DNA from: an uncultured Spirochaetales bacterium
GTDB taxonomy: Bacteria > UBP6 > UBA1177
Direction: 5' to 3'
Assembly: GCA_964630905.1 (NCBI GenBank)
Contig: CAZVWR010000002.1
Coordinates: forward strand, 23,531-87,530
Length of the DNA: 64,000 nt
How positions within the stretch are numbered: position 1 is the first letter of the stretch; each line of letters begins with the position of its first letter. Of the stretch, positions 29,623 to 40,109 are shown in pieces. The notes under the pieces are model-generated. The model saw only the letters and a program-made list of their open reading frames with translations. It did no database searches and had not been told where the DNA came from. Made by a program: the position numbers and the translations under genes.

Positions 29623-31956
29623 TCAATTACAATCTTCGTGGAACGGACACACCAGCATTCTGCCGACATAAGGTTTCCTATGATCAGTGCCGTCAAAAAA
29701 TGCCGTTATCACCAGATATTCATAATCATCTTTTTTTACAAGAACATGTTGATCAATCCGAGGAAATATGGTTCTTGTCGAGAACTGGCGCAGTTCAATT
29801 TTTTCCCAAATATTTTTAGTGGTGTCTTTTAAAAATATATCTTGAGCATTTCCCATGATATATCTGTTGTCATCCACTACGACATGGAACAACACACTAT
29901 CTCCTTGTTTAAGCAATTGATCCGGCAAATCATCAACCTTCTCCCATGTGGAAAGCAGCTCATTATAACAGAAAATGTCATCGGCATCGGCATCGGCTAA
30001 ACATTGGCCTTTTGCCCAACCTGCACCGGCATAGCAAATCATATCTGAAAAGAAAAACATAGCCCCTCCTGCACGAGGTGGATTTGGAAGAGAATCCATT
30101 GTGTTCCATGTCTGACTGGCGGACTCTATATATGCACAATTTCCATATTGAGTACAGTTATTGCTGAAGCCACCGCATGCAATCAGTTTTGATTTGTCGG
30201 CATTAGTTATTGATGAAACTCCATGAGCATTCCATGTTAAAGAATCTGCATTGTTCCAGGATGTTCCATCGAAATACCTTACAGCTTTTGATCCAGTAAA
30301 GCCGGTGTAGCCGCCGATTGACCAAAGCTTATTGTCAAATTGGAAAAGAGAATGCCCGTAAGTGCCTGTAGTCATTGCTGGTCCATCACTCCAGATCATT
30401 GTATTTAAATCTAATATCTTATGATCCTGCAATGCCTGCGAGTAATTACCACCTGTGCAATGGATCTTTCCTGTCACAGTATAGAATGCACAAGAAGGCA
30501 ACGACCAGTCGACAGCATTAGTGGTTAGCGTTCCCGGATATAAAACATCTGTATCGTGTAATTCAAGCCAGACAGAAAAAGGAAGAGGATCTCCATTCCA
30601 TGGTGCGGAATCTAAAAACACTAAAGAATCTTTATTCAATGTCGTCGAAATCCCCGACAAATCCCATTTTATACAAGAATCGTTCAATTCACAGGTTTGA
30701 AGATTTATTGGCAAGCTGTTTTCGAGATTAATTTCATAAGCACTTTTTCTATCACATGATACTAATATTTTATCTTCAGCAAGAAAAAGTGGTGATGAAG
30801 AAAACGGGGTATCATCAACTGAACAATCCAAAATAAGGTTTTTTGTGTCGCTACTGGTATCACAATAATACAGTTGCGTTATACCTGAATATCCCGCAAG
30901 CTTATTATAATGAAATGCAAACCTGTTCCCTGAATCCGAAACTGCTCCGAATGCTTTTGAGTGACCATCGGTTGAAGCACAAGGAAGAGCTGTCTGGGTT
31001 CCCCATGAAGATACAGTATCCCCGCTTAAACTTAATTCACCTATATAATTATCAGGAACCCAGTTGGCTGGCCAGAAACTTGCAAAGATACTTTCCCTCT
31101 GAGAAACAGCGCTGAAATTTTCGCTAGCCGTACAGCCCATAGCTTTGGTACTAAGAACTGTCCCACCTTCCACGCTCAAACTCCACAACGAAAGGGCACG
31201 ATTTGAAGTATTTCCGCAAGCACCGCCCGATGTTGTATAATAACCTAATACTAAACGGTCTTCCGAAAGGAAGTCACAACGACTTAATTCGGTTGATACA
31301 GGGGTTAGCTGACTAATATTAAGCTCATTCAGTTTTTCTACAACTCCTTTTGTGCTCCATATTTCCATTCTTTCCGGCACAAGATCTTTTCTTAAAAGTG
31401 CCATTTTGTCCCCTAATGGACTCAAACAAGCAACATAGGAAAACCTTGCAGGAACACTGAAAGATAATAATTTTGAAATCTCTGCTCCTCGCTTGGTCAA
31501 CATATATATGCTTCTTATATCATCCTTGTCATGTGCAAACAAAACTATCCTGTCAGATCCATCAGAAATTGTGTCGCTATCGTCTGTTTCAGTTACATCA
31601 TCGTCCAATTCGATATCGTCTGTGTCTACACCGATAATATCATCATCACCCGAATCTCCACTGTCTCCTGAATTTCCTGAATCACCAGTATTTCCAGTAT
31701 CTTCATCACCTGCCGTATTGCCAGTATCTCCGGTGTTTCCTGAATTTCCTGAATCGCCAGTATTTCCTGTATTTCCTGAATCATCATCATTTTTTGCTTC
31801 ATCGGGTTTGACACATTTCCCGTCATCACAGACAAGTCCTTTTCTGCATGTACCGTTGCCGAAACATGCCGCACCTTCTTTACCCACCTCTATATCTTTA
31901 AAATTCTCACACCCGGCAAAAACAAAAATAATCATTAAAAAATATAGATATTTCAT
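29623..31956 (-). CDS. Lipoprotein with Cys-rich N-module, (D/N/S)TG repeat linker and C-terminal Kelch / beta-propeller repeats
   Basis: Lipobox [55 protein letters not shown] linker. Repeated W..GG/ACGG Kelch-like blades. ATG at 31956 (ORF track start is a GTG). Confidence 0.65.
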   Translation of the reverse strand: MKYLYFLMIIFVFAGCENFKDIEVGKEGAACFGNGTCRKGLVCDDGKCVKPDEAKNDDDSGNTGNTGDSGNSGNTGDTGNTAGDEDTGNTGDSGNSGDSGDSGDDDIIGVDTDDIELDDDVTETDDSDTISDGSDRIVLFAHDKDDIRSIYMLTKRGAEISKLLSFSVPARFSYVACLSPLGDKMALLRKDLVPERMEIWSTKGVVEKLNELNISQLTPVSTELSRCDFLSEDRLVLGYYTTSGGACGNTSNRALSLWSLSVEGGTVLSTKAMGCTASENFSAVSQRESIFASFWPANWVPDNYIGELSLSGDTVSSWGTQTALPCASTDGHSKAFGAVSDSGNRFAFHYNKLAGYSGITQLYYCDTSSDTKNLILDCSVDDTPFSSSPLFLAEDKILVSCDRKSAYEINLENSLPINLQTCELNDSCIKWDLSGISTTLNKDSLVFLDSAPWNGDPLPFSVWLELHDTDVLYPGTLTTNAVDWSLPSCAFYTVTGKIHCTGGNYSQALQDHKILDLNTMIWSDGPAMTTGTYGHSLFQFDNKLWSIGGYTGFTGSKAVRYFDGTSWNNADSLTWNAHGVSSITNADKSKLIACGGFSNNCTQYGNCAYIESASQTWNTMDSLPNPPRAGGAMFFFSDMICYAGAGWAKGQCLADADADDIFCYNELLSTWEKVDDLPDQLLKQGDSVLFHVVVDDNRYIMGNAQDIFLKDTTKNIWEKIELRQFSTRTIFPRIDQHVLVKKDDYEYLVITAFFDGTDHRKPYVGRMLVCPFHEDCN

Positions 31957-32840
31957 CACCACCTCCCCTGTAAACCGGTCACAAATCCATCTCCGGAAGG
32001 AATAACATAAAAAGAGACATGCTCATTCTTCCTTTCCGGCGCTACTGCATCAAGAATAAGAAGTGTTATCCCCCCCGCAATGAAAACAGAGCCGGCGACA
32101 TAACCGCCTATCGTAAGACCTCTAAACATTTTAAACTTATCTTCGTCATCGCTTTTTCCCGTTTTTATAAACGCATCCCTTGATGAATTCATCATCACAT
32201 TGGATATGGCTCCCCCGGCAAGAACAAGAGCTCCCGCAACTGTAAATGTCCAGCCAGTCGCTTTTTTCCATGAAACCGGTGCCTTTTCATTCTTTTCAGC
32301 TTTTTTTTCGGATTGCGGCTTAACTTCTTTCACTTCAACGGTCTTTGTTTCAGCCGGCTTCGGCTGACCGAAAAGTTCAATTACAAGAGGTGTCAACGAT
32401 TCTATAAGTGTATTCATATCACCTTTGAATTTTTTTGTAACTCTTGATTTTACCTCGACTTTTTTAACATCAACGAGCTGGATCGTTATGACCCAGTAGT
32501 CTCCCATCTTCGAGAGTATTCCCGAAATTGAAAACGGGGCTCCGAGCGTTGCACCCACTTCCGCAATGCATGAGTTGTCGTCTATGCCGCAGGATGCTCT
32601 TATTGTTTCTCCATCAATGACACTTCTAACTTCTGATTCACTGATCACAACCATTTTGGAAACCTGCTCGATCTCACTCGTAAGGATAGAAGTTACAGTG
32701 ATAGATTCCTTTTCAGTTACGCCCGTCTGCGGCTTCAGATTCCAGACAACGATCTTGTCTGCGAACAGATTTCCGGTGAACAGTGTGAGCATTGCAAAAA
32801 CGATTAAAACTCGTGTCATTTTTATCTCCGCTTCAACCAT
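31956..32840 (-). CDS. Secreted/membrane hypothetical protein
   Basis: Signal peptide MTRVLIVFAMLTLFTGNLFA; C-terminal hydrophobic segments. The true start is probably the internal Met; my reading of the upstream coordinates disagreed with the ORF track by 12 nt. Confidence 0.4.
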   Translation of the reverse strand: MVEAEIKMTRVLIVFAMLTLFTGNLFADKIVVWNLKPQTGVTEKESITVTSILTSEIEQVSKMVVISESEVRSVIDGETIRASCGIDDNSCIAEVGATLGAPFSISGILSKMGDYWVITIQLVDVKKVEVKSRVTKKFKGDMNTLIESLTPLVIELFGQPKPAETKTVEVKEVKPQSEKKAEKNEKAPVSWKKATGWTFTVAGALVLAGGAISNVMMNSSRDAFIKTGKSDDEDKFKMFRGLTIGGYVAGSVFIAGGITLLILDAVAPERKNEHVSFYVIPSGDGFVTGLQGRW

Positions 32841-32987
32841 TAAAAAAACTTTTAAACACTTAATCCTGAAAATTATAATCGCGCTAGGGTTTAAGTCAAA
32901 AAACAGGGGAAAGTCACCGGAAAGTCAACAAGAAATAAACCGTTACCCGACCACCTCCCCCAAAATCCCCCTGATTTTCTGTTATAA

Positions 32988-33356
32988 GTGTTTGTGAATA
33001 CAGACATTATTTCAGGAGGAAACTATGAAAGAGATCGCGAGTACTATTGCAGAGAGGGGTGCGGGTTACTGTTCAAATCCGGATCTGCTGGTTTTGTAAC
33101 GCTCACGGTGAACGGCAACAACTGCCTGATTTCAAAGCGGGTCATCTTTATCGGGACTCTCAACAAGTCAATCGTCCATCCGAGAGAGGTGTTCGCTGCG
33201 GCCATTTCAGATCATGCGGCGGGGATCGTCCTGGTGCACAACCATCCAAGCGGCAACCCCGAACCGAGCAATGAGGACATCATCATGCCCATGAGAATTG
33301 AAAACATCAGAAGCCGGAAAGCTGCCACAGAGCAGAAAGCGACAAAAGCCGCGTGA
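32988..33356 (+). pseudogene. radC: radC-like JAB/MPN gene remnant fused in frame to the tail of a dnaN-like gene
   Basis: IVLVHNHPSGNPEPS JAB motif retained; ends ...IIMPMRIENIRSRKAATEQKATKAA, identical to the C-terminus of the 59098-60324 protein. Confidence 0.75.
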
Positions 33357-33384
33357 AAAGGTTGGGGATGAGAAAGAAAAACCT

Positions 33385-33412
33385 CCCGCCGGAAGGCGGG
33401 AGGGGGTGGAAA
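33385..33412 (-). terminator. Hairpin terminator CCTCCCGCC-GGAA-GGCGGGAGG with T-tract on the minus strand, 3' of the protease gene
   Basis: Perfect 9-bp stem; minus-strand reading gives the hairpin followed by TTTTTCTTTC. Confidence 0.6.
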
Positions 33413-33424
33413 AACAATAAAAAC

Positions 33425-34633
33425 CTAAATTATCAACAAGGCACATCCGCCCTGATTATCTGACGCATCATAATAATACGGATTCTTCTTACAATTGTTG
33501 CCACATTCACCATAAGAATACACACTCCCCTCGTCACACTCTTCAGGATACTGAACAATCCCGTCTCCACACCTTCCGATTCTTGTGCTTCGACAATCGT
33601 TTGAACATTCATCGTCATCAATATTATTTCCGTCGTCACACATTTCATTACTGTTCACTATTCCATTGCCGCAAACCATTTCTGCACATTGTAATGAGTT
33701 ATAGGATTTGCAGTTTTCAGAACAACCTGCCATATCACCTTTTTCATAATTTCCCAATGTGGAGCAGTCAACCTTATCGTTTCTTTCGCAAACCTCTCCA
33801 TCGTCAATATCTCCATCACCACATATAGTTTCAAGGTCGTGTCCTGCAAGCTCTATCATTTTTTCATTTATCCAGTTTCTGTACGCAACAACTCTTATTA
33901 AAAAAGAATTACCCACTGCTGAACAGCCTCCCCGACCAAAAGAAGTTATCCCCGACACAACCATTTTATTGTTCTGAGTTGTAAATAAAGGACCCCCGGA
34001 ATCTCCTTGACAAGTTCCCGAAGGGTTTCCAATTTCTAAAAGCTGCTCACCCGTGTCAATGTCAAGAATTGTAGTGTTTCCCCATCTCTGGGTTAAAGCG
34101 TCATCTTTGTCGTCTCCGGTTATACCATAGCCGACCACTATTCCTTTTTCTCCTTTATTTTCTGCAGGATTGTCCCTTACTTTATACATTAAAAGATCCG
34201 TGATGTTTTTATTCAGTAGCAGCATCGCTATATCAGTTCCCGGCAATTCTCCATCCCAGCTTTCATGTGTGACAGCTTTTGTGACTGAAGCCTTATTTGA
34301 ATAATATGAAAGATTTAAGCCATCATGAATGCTTAATATTCCAGGGTTACTAACTCCGTTAAATTCAACATTCCCGTTCTCATCTTTTGAAAACACACAA
34401 TGCCCCGCCGTTAAAACAACATTGGGGGCGATGAGTGTTCCTGTACATATTGAAGCTGTTCCATCTCCCAAATCTGCTATAACTCCCACAACACCACTAA
34501 ATCTACTATCCCAGTCACTCCAAGTAGTTTCAGTTCCGTTTACAATTTTCGGCTCAATTTCGCCAAAAAGTTGAAAACCGGTAGTAAGTATAAAAACAAG
34601 CAATATAACGACATATGTTCTCATATTTTTCAC
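33425..34633 (-). CDS. Secreted trypsin-like (S1) serine protease with C-terminal Cys-rich repeats (CGNG..E.CDDGN type)
   Basis: TAGHC His motif, GDSGGPLF Ser motif; repeats CGDGDIDDGEVCERN..., CGNGIVNSNEMCDDGNN..., CGDGIVQYPEECDEG. Confidence 0.8.
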   Translation of the reverse strand: MKNMRTYVVILLVFILTTGFQLFGEIEPKIVNGTETTWSDWDSRFSGVVGVIADLGDGTASICTGTLIAPNVVLTAGHCVFSKDENGNVEFNGVSNPGILSIHDGLNLSYYSNKASVTKAVTHESWDGELPGTDIAMLLLNKNITDLLMYKVRDNPAENKGEKGIVVGYGITGDDKDDALTQRWGNTTILDIDTGEQLLEIGNPSGTCQGDSGGPLFTTQNNKMVVSGITSFGRGGCSAVGNSFLIRVVAYRNWINEKMIELAGHDLETICGDGDIDDGEVCERNDKVDCSTLGNYEKGDMAGCSENCKSYNSLQCAEMVCGNGIVNSNEMCDDGNNIDDDECSNDCRSTRIGRCGDGIVQYPEECDEGSVYSYGECGNNCKKNPYYYDASDNQGGCALLII

Positions 34634-34643
34634 CTCTTAATAA

Positions 34644-35540
34644 TCATAATCCCTTAAAAGTAACACGGAAACTCTCAACACCATCCGAAAGAATATCATA
34701 ATCTTCTTCAGTAACCTCACCAATTTTAAGAAATGTTCCAAGAATTGACGAAGAAATATATGGTGTTGATACAATATCATCGGCGTCATCGTCATCATCA
34801 TATATCATAAAAAAAAGACTTTCTCCTTTTAAAACAACTGTGGATTCATATGAGAAAGACCATGAAGCATAAAAAGAATCTTCGATGGTTTCAGTTCTAA
34901 AAATTTCCGTGTCATTTTTAAAAACTATCACAAATATATCAGGTGGTTCAAAAGGCCAAGGATCCCAATCTTCACCATTAGGCATTAAAGATGTCAGCGA
35001 AACATTATGTACCTGAATTCTCCAGCTGCGTCCGAAAATATTTCTGCACACACTGTTTTCACATCTCTGATCTTCTTCACAGTCAGCATTTGAAATACAT
35101 CCTCCAGTATCACCGGTATCACTGGTATCACCTGAATTCCCCGTATTCCCTGAATCTCCGGAATTTCCACTATCTCCTGAGTTTCCGGAATCACCTGTGT
35201 TTCCAGTATTTCCTGAATTACCAGAATCCCCGGAGTTATTTTCATAACGGCTTTCATCAACTAGAACACATCGTGGCTCTGTAAAGTCATTTATAAATTT
35301 ACACTTCTTTTCTTCTGTTCCATCTTCATCTTCACATGAACCGAAAAAAACCCACTCACCATCTACGCATATTTCCGCATCTTTATCACTGTGAGTAGCA
35401 CAGCGGAAAGTTCCGTCAGGTTCACAGTCAGGAGCATTATCTTTAGAATCAGATCCACCGCAGCTTGGCAAAGCCATTAATAAAAAAACTGTCAAAATTA
35501 AAAAAAACATTGGCAAAATTAAAAATTTTATCATTTCCAA
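34644..35540 (-). CDS. Lipoprotein with Cys-rich modules and an (N/D/S)SG/TG repeat linker
   Basis: Lipobox LMALPSC; [45 protein letters not shown]; 10 bp upstream of the protease gene. Confidence 0.6.
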   Translation of the reverse strand: MEMIKFLILPMFFLILTVFLLMALPSCGGSDSKDNAPDCEPDGTFRCATHSDKDAEICVDGEWVFFGSCEDEDGTEEKKCKFINDFTEPRCVLVDESRYENNSGDSGNSGNTGNTGDSGNSGDSGNSGDSGNTGNSGDTSDTGDTGGCISNADCEEDQRCENSVCRNIFGRSWRIQVHNVSLTSLMPNGEDWDPWPFEPPDIFVIVFKNDTEIFRTETIEDSFYASWSFSYESTVVLKGESLFFMIYDDDDDADDIVSTPYISSSILGTFLKIGEVTEEDYDILSDGVESFRVTFKGL

Positions 35541-35870
35541 ACCTCATCATAATTTAAACACAACGGAAGTATTTTAATAAATTTAAAACAGAATAGAAGT
35601 TTTCCCCACCCATAAACAAAATTCCCCCTTCCCCTCATAAACCACAACCTTCGTTTCTATCTGCCTGGGTCGGAAAGATATGAAAGAAAACGGTGAATGA
35701 TGCGGTAAATTTTCATTCCGCACAAGTATTATGCCTCTATGAAAAAGTATGTCAAAAAAGTGAAATTCAGAACCTCAATGGATTTTTATTAACATAGAGT
35801 AACTTTTATTTACAATTATAGTGCAGATGGATATATTGTGGTGATTGAATTACCTCTATGGAGATTTCGT

Positions 35871-37838
35871 ATGGATCAGATCACACACAACACGATAGTA
35901 AATTTTATATGGAATATTGCTGATGATGTATTAAGAGATGTTTATGTTCGTGGTAAGTACCGGGATGTTATTCTTCCAATGACAGTCATCCGGCGCCTTG
36001 ATGCACTTCTTGAGCCGACAAAAGGTGCTGTAATTGAAATGAAAAAACATCTTGATACGGCTGGAATTGCGAATCAGGATGCGGCTTTGTGTCAAGTTGC
36101 CAAAGAAGCGTTTTTTAATAGATCTGCGTTTACTCTTAAAGACTTGAAAAACCGTTCAAAAATACAGCAGTTGAAGGCTGATTTTGAAGAATATCTTGAT
36201 GGGTTTTCTCCGAATGTCCAGGAGATTCTTGATAAATTTAAATTCCGCAATCAGATTCCCACACTTGTAGAGGCAGGAATTCTTGGTTCACTGATTGAAA
36301 AATATATTAATCCTGCAATAAATCTCAGTCCGAAACCCGTGCTTGATTCCAACGGCAATGAAAAAATTCCCGGACTTGATAATCACAGTATGGGTATGAT
36401 TTTTGAAGAGCTTATCCGCCGATTCAATGAGGAGAATAATGAAGAGGCCGGAGAACACTTTACACCTCGTGATGTAGTGAAGCTCATGGCAGACCTGATT
36501 TTTCTTCCAATAGCAGACAAAATTGAGTCAGGAACATACCTTGTTTATGACGGAGCATGTGGAACTGGTGGAATGCTGACTGTGGCTGAAGAAAGACTCC
36601 ACAAACTGGCAAAAGATTCAGGGAAGGAGGTGTCAATACATCTTTACGGTCAGGAAATTCAACCTGAAACTTATGCAATTGCCAAAGCTGATCTCCTGTT
36701 GAAAGGTGAAGGTGCTGAAGCTGAAAACATTATATATGGCTCCACTCTTTCCAGTGATGGTTTTATCTCAAACAAATTTGACTTTATGCTTTCAAATCCG
36801 CCATACGGAAAAAGCTGGAAAACCGATCTTGAAAGAATGGGTGGAAAAAATGATATTAAAGATCCGAGATTTATTATTGAATTTGCAGATGATCCCGAAT
36901 ATAAAATGCTCACAAGATCAAGTGACGGCCAGTTAATGTTCCTGGTGAACAAGCTGATGAAAATGAAGGAAAAAAGCAAGCTTGGCAGTCGTATTGCCCA
37001 GGTTCATAACGGATCATCCCTTTTTACCGGTGATGCCGGACAGGGAGAGAGCAACATCCGCAGATGGATTATAGAAAATGACTGGCTTGAAGCTATAGTT
37101 GCTCTGCCCGAGAATATTTTTTATAACACTGGAATTGCGACATATATCTGGGTGCTTACCAATAAAAAGTCTGAAAACAGAAAAGGAAAAGTGCAACTGA
37201 TAGATGCGACAAAATGGTATCAGTCACTTCGTAAAAATATGGGTAAGAAAAACTGTGAGCTGAATGAAGACCACATTAAAGAAATCTGCGAACTCATTAT
37301 TGCTCCCAAGGAAACAGAGCAGTCAAAGATTTTTCCCAATGACGCATTCGGATATTATAAAGTTCATGTGCTTAGACCGCTTCGTGTAAAAAACATTGAT
37401 CCTGAAAATGTTTATTCAACAAAAGAAATCAAAGACTTTAAAGATAAAAATATGATTGCTGAAGAAGGTTTTCCTGTTATAAAAAAAATTCACAAAAAAG
37501 GAACAGAACCAAATCCTTTGCATGGACTGTTTGAAGTCAAAATCAACGGGAAGAAACAGGTTGTGGAATATCATTTTGACACAGAACTCAGTGACACCGA
37601 ACAAGTTCCACTGCTTGAAAAAGGGGGAATCAGCGAATTTATAGAAAGAGAAGTACTTCCATACACACCTGATGCGTGGATAGACCCGGCAAAAACACAA
37701 ATCGGCTATGAAATATCATTCACACGCCATTTTTATAAACCGGCACCAATGAGAACACTTGAAGAAATAAAAGCAGACATCTTCGCACTTGAAAAAGAGA
37801 CAGATGGACTGCTTGAAGAAATTATCGGGGAAAAGTGA
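35871..37838 (+). CDS. hsdM: Type I restriction-modification methyltransferase subunit (N6-adenine)
   Basis: HsdM N-domain; motif I YDGACGTGGM; motif IV LSNPPYG; ATG at 35871 (ORF track start is a GTG). Confidence 0.9.
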   Translation: MDQITHNTIVNFIWNIADDVLRDVYVRGKYRDVILPMTVIRRLDALLEPTKGAVIEMKKHLDTAGIANQDAALCQVAKEAFFNRSAFTLKDLKNRSKIQQLKADFEEYLDGFSPNVQEILDKFKFRNQIPTLVEAGILGSLIEKYINPAINLSPKPVLDSNGNEKIPGLDNHSMGMIFEELIRRFNEENNEEAGEHFTPRDVVKLMADLIFLPIADKIESGTYLVYDGACGTGGMLTVAEERLHKLAKDSGKEVSIHLYGQEIQPETYAIAKADLLLKGEGAEAENIIYGSTLSSDGFISNKFDFMLSNPPYGKSWKTDLERMGGKNDIKDPRFIIEFADDPEYKMLTRSSDGQLMFLVNKLMKMKEKSKLGSRIAQVHNGSSLFTGDAGQGESNIRRWIIENDWLEAIVALPENIFYNTGIATYIWVLTNKKSENRKGKVQLIDATKWYQSLRKNMGKKNCELNEDHIKEICELIIAPKETEQSKIFPNDAFGYYKVHVLRPLRVKNIDPENVYSTKEIKDFKDKNMIAEEGFPVIKKIHKKGTEPNPLHGLFEVKINGKKQVVEYHFDTELSDTEQVPLLEKGGISEFIEREVLPYTPDAWIDPAKTQIGYEISFTRHFYKPAPMRTLEEIKADIFALEKETDGLLEEIIGEK

Positions 37839-39220
37839 TGAAACCATACCCGAAATATAAAGATTCTGGAATAGTCTGGTTAGGAAAAATACCGGAACAT
37901 TGGGAAAGTGCAAAAATTAGATCAATTTTATCTCCTATAATAGAAAAAAACAGATCAGATCTTCCGCTATTATCCGTAGTTCGCGAAAAAGGAGTTATTA
38001 AGCGAAATATTGAAAGCAAAGAAGAAAACCACAATTATATTCCAGATGATCTTTCAAATTATAAAGTTGTAAAAAAAGGACAGTTTGCAATGAATAAGAT
38101 GAAAGCATGGCAAGGTTCTTATGGAGTCTCAGCCTTTGATGGAATAGTTAGTCCTGCTTATTTTACCTTTCAAATTGATAGAGTGGAAAGAGAATTTTTT
38201 CATGCTGCAATGAGATCAAAGGCATATGTTCCTTTTTTTACGCAAGCTTCTGATGGAGTGCGAGTTGGTCAATGGGATTTGAACCAGTCAAGAATGGGAG
38301 ATATTCCTTTTTTTATCCCTCCTGAATCCGAACAAACACAAATTGCCCGTTATCTTGACTGGCAGACTTCTAAAATAAACAAGTTCATAAAAAACAAAAA
38401 GAAACTCATTGCATTACTGAAAGAACAGAAGCAGAACATCATCAACGAAGCTGTAACAAAAGGCCTCAACCCCAATGTTAAAATGAAAAACAGCGGTGTT
38501 GAATGGATCGGAGAAATCCCGATGCATTGGGAGGCTCTGTATATAAGGCGTTGCACAAAATTCGTGAAAACCGGTGGAACACCAAAAGGTGCCAACGAAT
38601 CGCATTTCTGCGAGAAAGGTTTTAACTGGTTTACTCCATCTGATTTTAAGGAAGAGGTGTTTCTGAAAAATTCTTATCGTCAGTTATCAGAATTAGGCAA
38701 GAAAGATGTAAAGCTGTTTCCAGCAAATACAGTAATGATGATTGGAATAGGCGGTACGATTGGGAAGGTTTCTATTTCCCCTGACATTTCAAGCTGCAAT
38801 CAACAAATCAATGCGATTTTTACAAATGAGAGAGTTGTTTCAATATATATGACTTTTGCTCTAAGGTGCTTAAAAAGCTTCATTATTGAATGTGGAAAAT
38901 ATACAACGATGCCAATTATAAATCAGGATGAAACAAAGACCTTAAAAATTCCCGTACCACCAATTTCTGAACAGCAAGAAATAGTTGCTTTCATAGAAAA
39001 AGAAACTGCTCTCATCGACAAGACCATCGCCCGCACTGAAAAAGAAATTGAACTGATTCAGGAATATCGCACTCGCCTTGTTTCGGATGTTGTAACCGGT
39101 AAGATTGATGTGCGGGATGTTGAAGTTCCAGATTTTGTAGAAGAAATTGTTGAAATTAATGCAGATGAAGATGAAAACGAAGAAGAATTTATTCAGGCAG
39201 GAGATGAGGGAAATGATTAG
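37838..39220 (+). CDS. hsdS: Type I R-M specificity subunit, two target-recognition domains
   Basis: Duplicated TRD + conserved-helix organisation (…LKEQKQNIINEAVTKGLNP… and …EIELIQEYRTRLVSDVVTGKIDV…); ATG overlaps hsdM stop (TGATG). Confidence 0.85.
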   Translation: MKPYPKYKDSGIVWLGKIPEHWESAKIRSILSPIIEKNRSDLPLLSVVREKGVIKRNIESKEENHNYIPDDLSNYKVVKKGQFAMNKMKAWQGSYGVSAFDGIVSPAYFTFQIDRVEREFFHAAMRSKAYVPFFTQASDGVRVGQWDLNQSRMGDIPFFIPPESEQTQIARYLDWQTSKINKFIKNKKKLIALLKEQKQNIINEAVTKGLNPNVKMKNSGVEWIGEIPMHWEALYIRRCTKFVKTGGTPKGANESHFCEKGFNWFTPSDFKEEVFLKNSYRQLSELGKKDVKLFPANTVMMIGIGGTIGKVSISPDISSCNQQINAIFTNERVVSIYMTFALRCLKSFIIECGKYTTMPIINQDETKTLKIPVPPISEQQEIVAFIEKETALIDKTIARTEKEIELIQEYRTRLVSDVVTGKIDVRDVEVPDFVEEIVEINADEDENEEEFIQAGDEGND

Positions 39221-40106
39221 AGCGTTGTTCGAACGGTTTAGAAAAAATATTCCAACTCCAAAAAGAAGTCGATCAACACTTCACTTGAATTGGCATAATC
39301 TGCCTGATGGTTGTAGATGTATGTATCTTTCAAGTGATTTGTATCCTGAACTTTTTGAATTGCGTTTCCCAGATATTTTTAGAAAAGCTGGAGGAGGGTG
39401 GCGACAAAAAAGTTCAAATACATCTCAAAAATATCTCTGGTTTCCTTCAAAATCTGTAACTGAAGATGATATAAAAAAAGTAAATTGTTGGGGGCGAAAA
39501 TTTGGCCAATTTGTAGTGTTGGGGATTAATAAAAACATTGAAGATTATTTCTCTACCGAAATGGACTTCTGTTTGGCGTTAAGCTTCAACAAAGACAATC
39601 CAAAAGAAAAAGAAAGAACCTTTTATGGAGAAGCAGAATATCAAATAAAATACAAAGAAAAAAACGACCCTTACTTAGGTTATCTTTTTGATGGATTGCA
39701 AGATGCCTATGATTATCTGCCTATTTATAGACCAAAAGAGAATATAATACTTACTACTATTCCTTCCGAAAGAACTGAAAAGCTCCCACACAAACTGTTA
39801 AAAAGTGTTGCAGAGAACAAACATCTGGAATATGTCATTCCATATCTAAACTGTGACAAAAAGAAGTTTAAGGGATTGCCCATATCTGAAAAGATTCCAG
39901 AATGGGATCATGTTTTTTCCAATGACAGAAACATTGAATTAAATAAAAACCTTAGCGGAAAAACAGTAATTATAATAGACGATTTATATCAATCCGGTGC
40001 AACGATGTGGTCATTTGCAAAATATTTAAAAAGCAAAAAAGCAAAAGAAGTCATTGGATTGGTTTGTGTTAAATCTTTAAGGGACACAGATAATACGGAT
40101 GGATGA
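39204..40106 (+). CDS. shosT: Phosphoribosyltransferase (PRTase type I) domain protein, ShosT-like
   Basis: C-terminal VIIIDDLYQSGATMWSFAKYLKSKKAKEVIGLVCV = PRTase PRPP-binding loop. Start overlaps the hsdS stop; an ATG at 39213 is equally possible. Pairing with a downstream DprA-like gene matches the described ShosTA toxin/antitoxin defence pair. Confidence 0.5.
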   Translation: MREMIRALFERFRKNIPTPKRSRSTLHLNWHNLPDGCRCMYLSSDLYPELFELRFPDIFRKAGGGWRQKSSNTSQKYLWFPSKSVTEDDIKKVNCWGRKFGQFVVLGINKNIEDYFSTEMDFCLALSFNKDNPKEKERTFYGEAEYQIKYKEKNDPYLGYLFDGLQDAYDYLPIYRPKENIILTTIPSERTEKLPHKLLKSVAENKHLEYVIPYLNCDKKKFKGLPISEKIPEWDHVFSNDRNIELNKNLSGKTVIIIDDLYQSGATMWSFAKYLKSKKAKEVIGLVCVKSLRDTDNTDG

Positions 40107-40109
40107 TAT

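Larger units (their letters stand above)
32960..33412 (+). repeat. Deletion-decayed copy of the radC-dnaN-like module found intact at 58412-60377
   Basis: Same upstream leader (ttctgttataagtgtttgtgaatacagacattatttcaggaggaaactatgaaag), radC 5' end, radC core, last 90 nt of the dnaN-like gene and the same terminator hairpin. Two internal deletions relative to the 58 kb copy. Confidence 0.85.

Noticed and set aside
31493-32005. ORF 31493..32005(+), a 170-aa SPVFPV-rich product, with similar ORFs at 51558..51911, 51638..51856 and 34991..35284
   Set aside because: Opposite-strand or shifted-frame readings of the (D/N)TG repeat-coding DNA of the lipoprotein genes.
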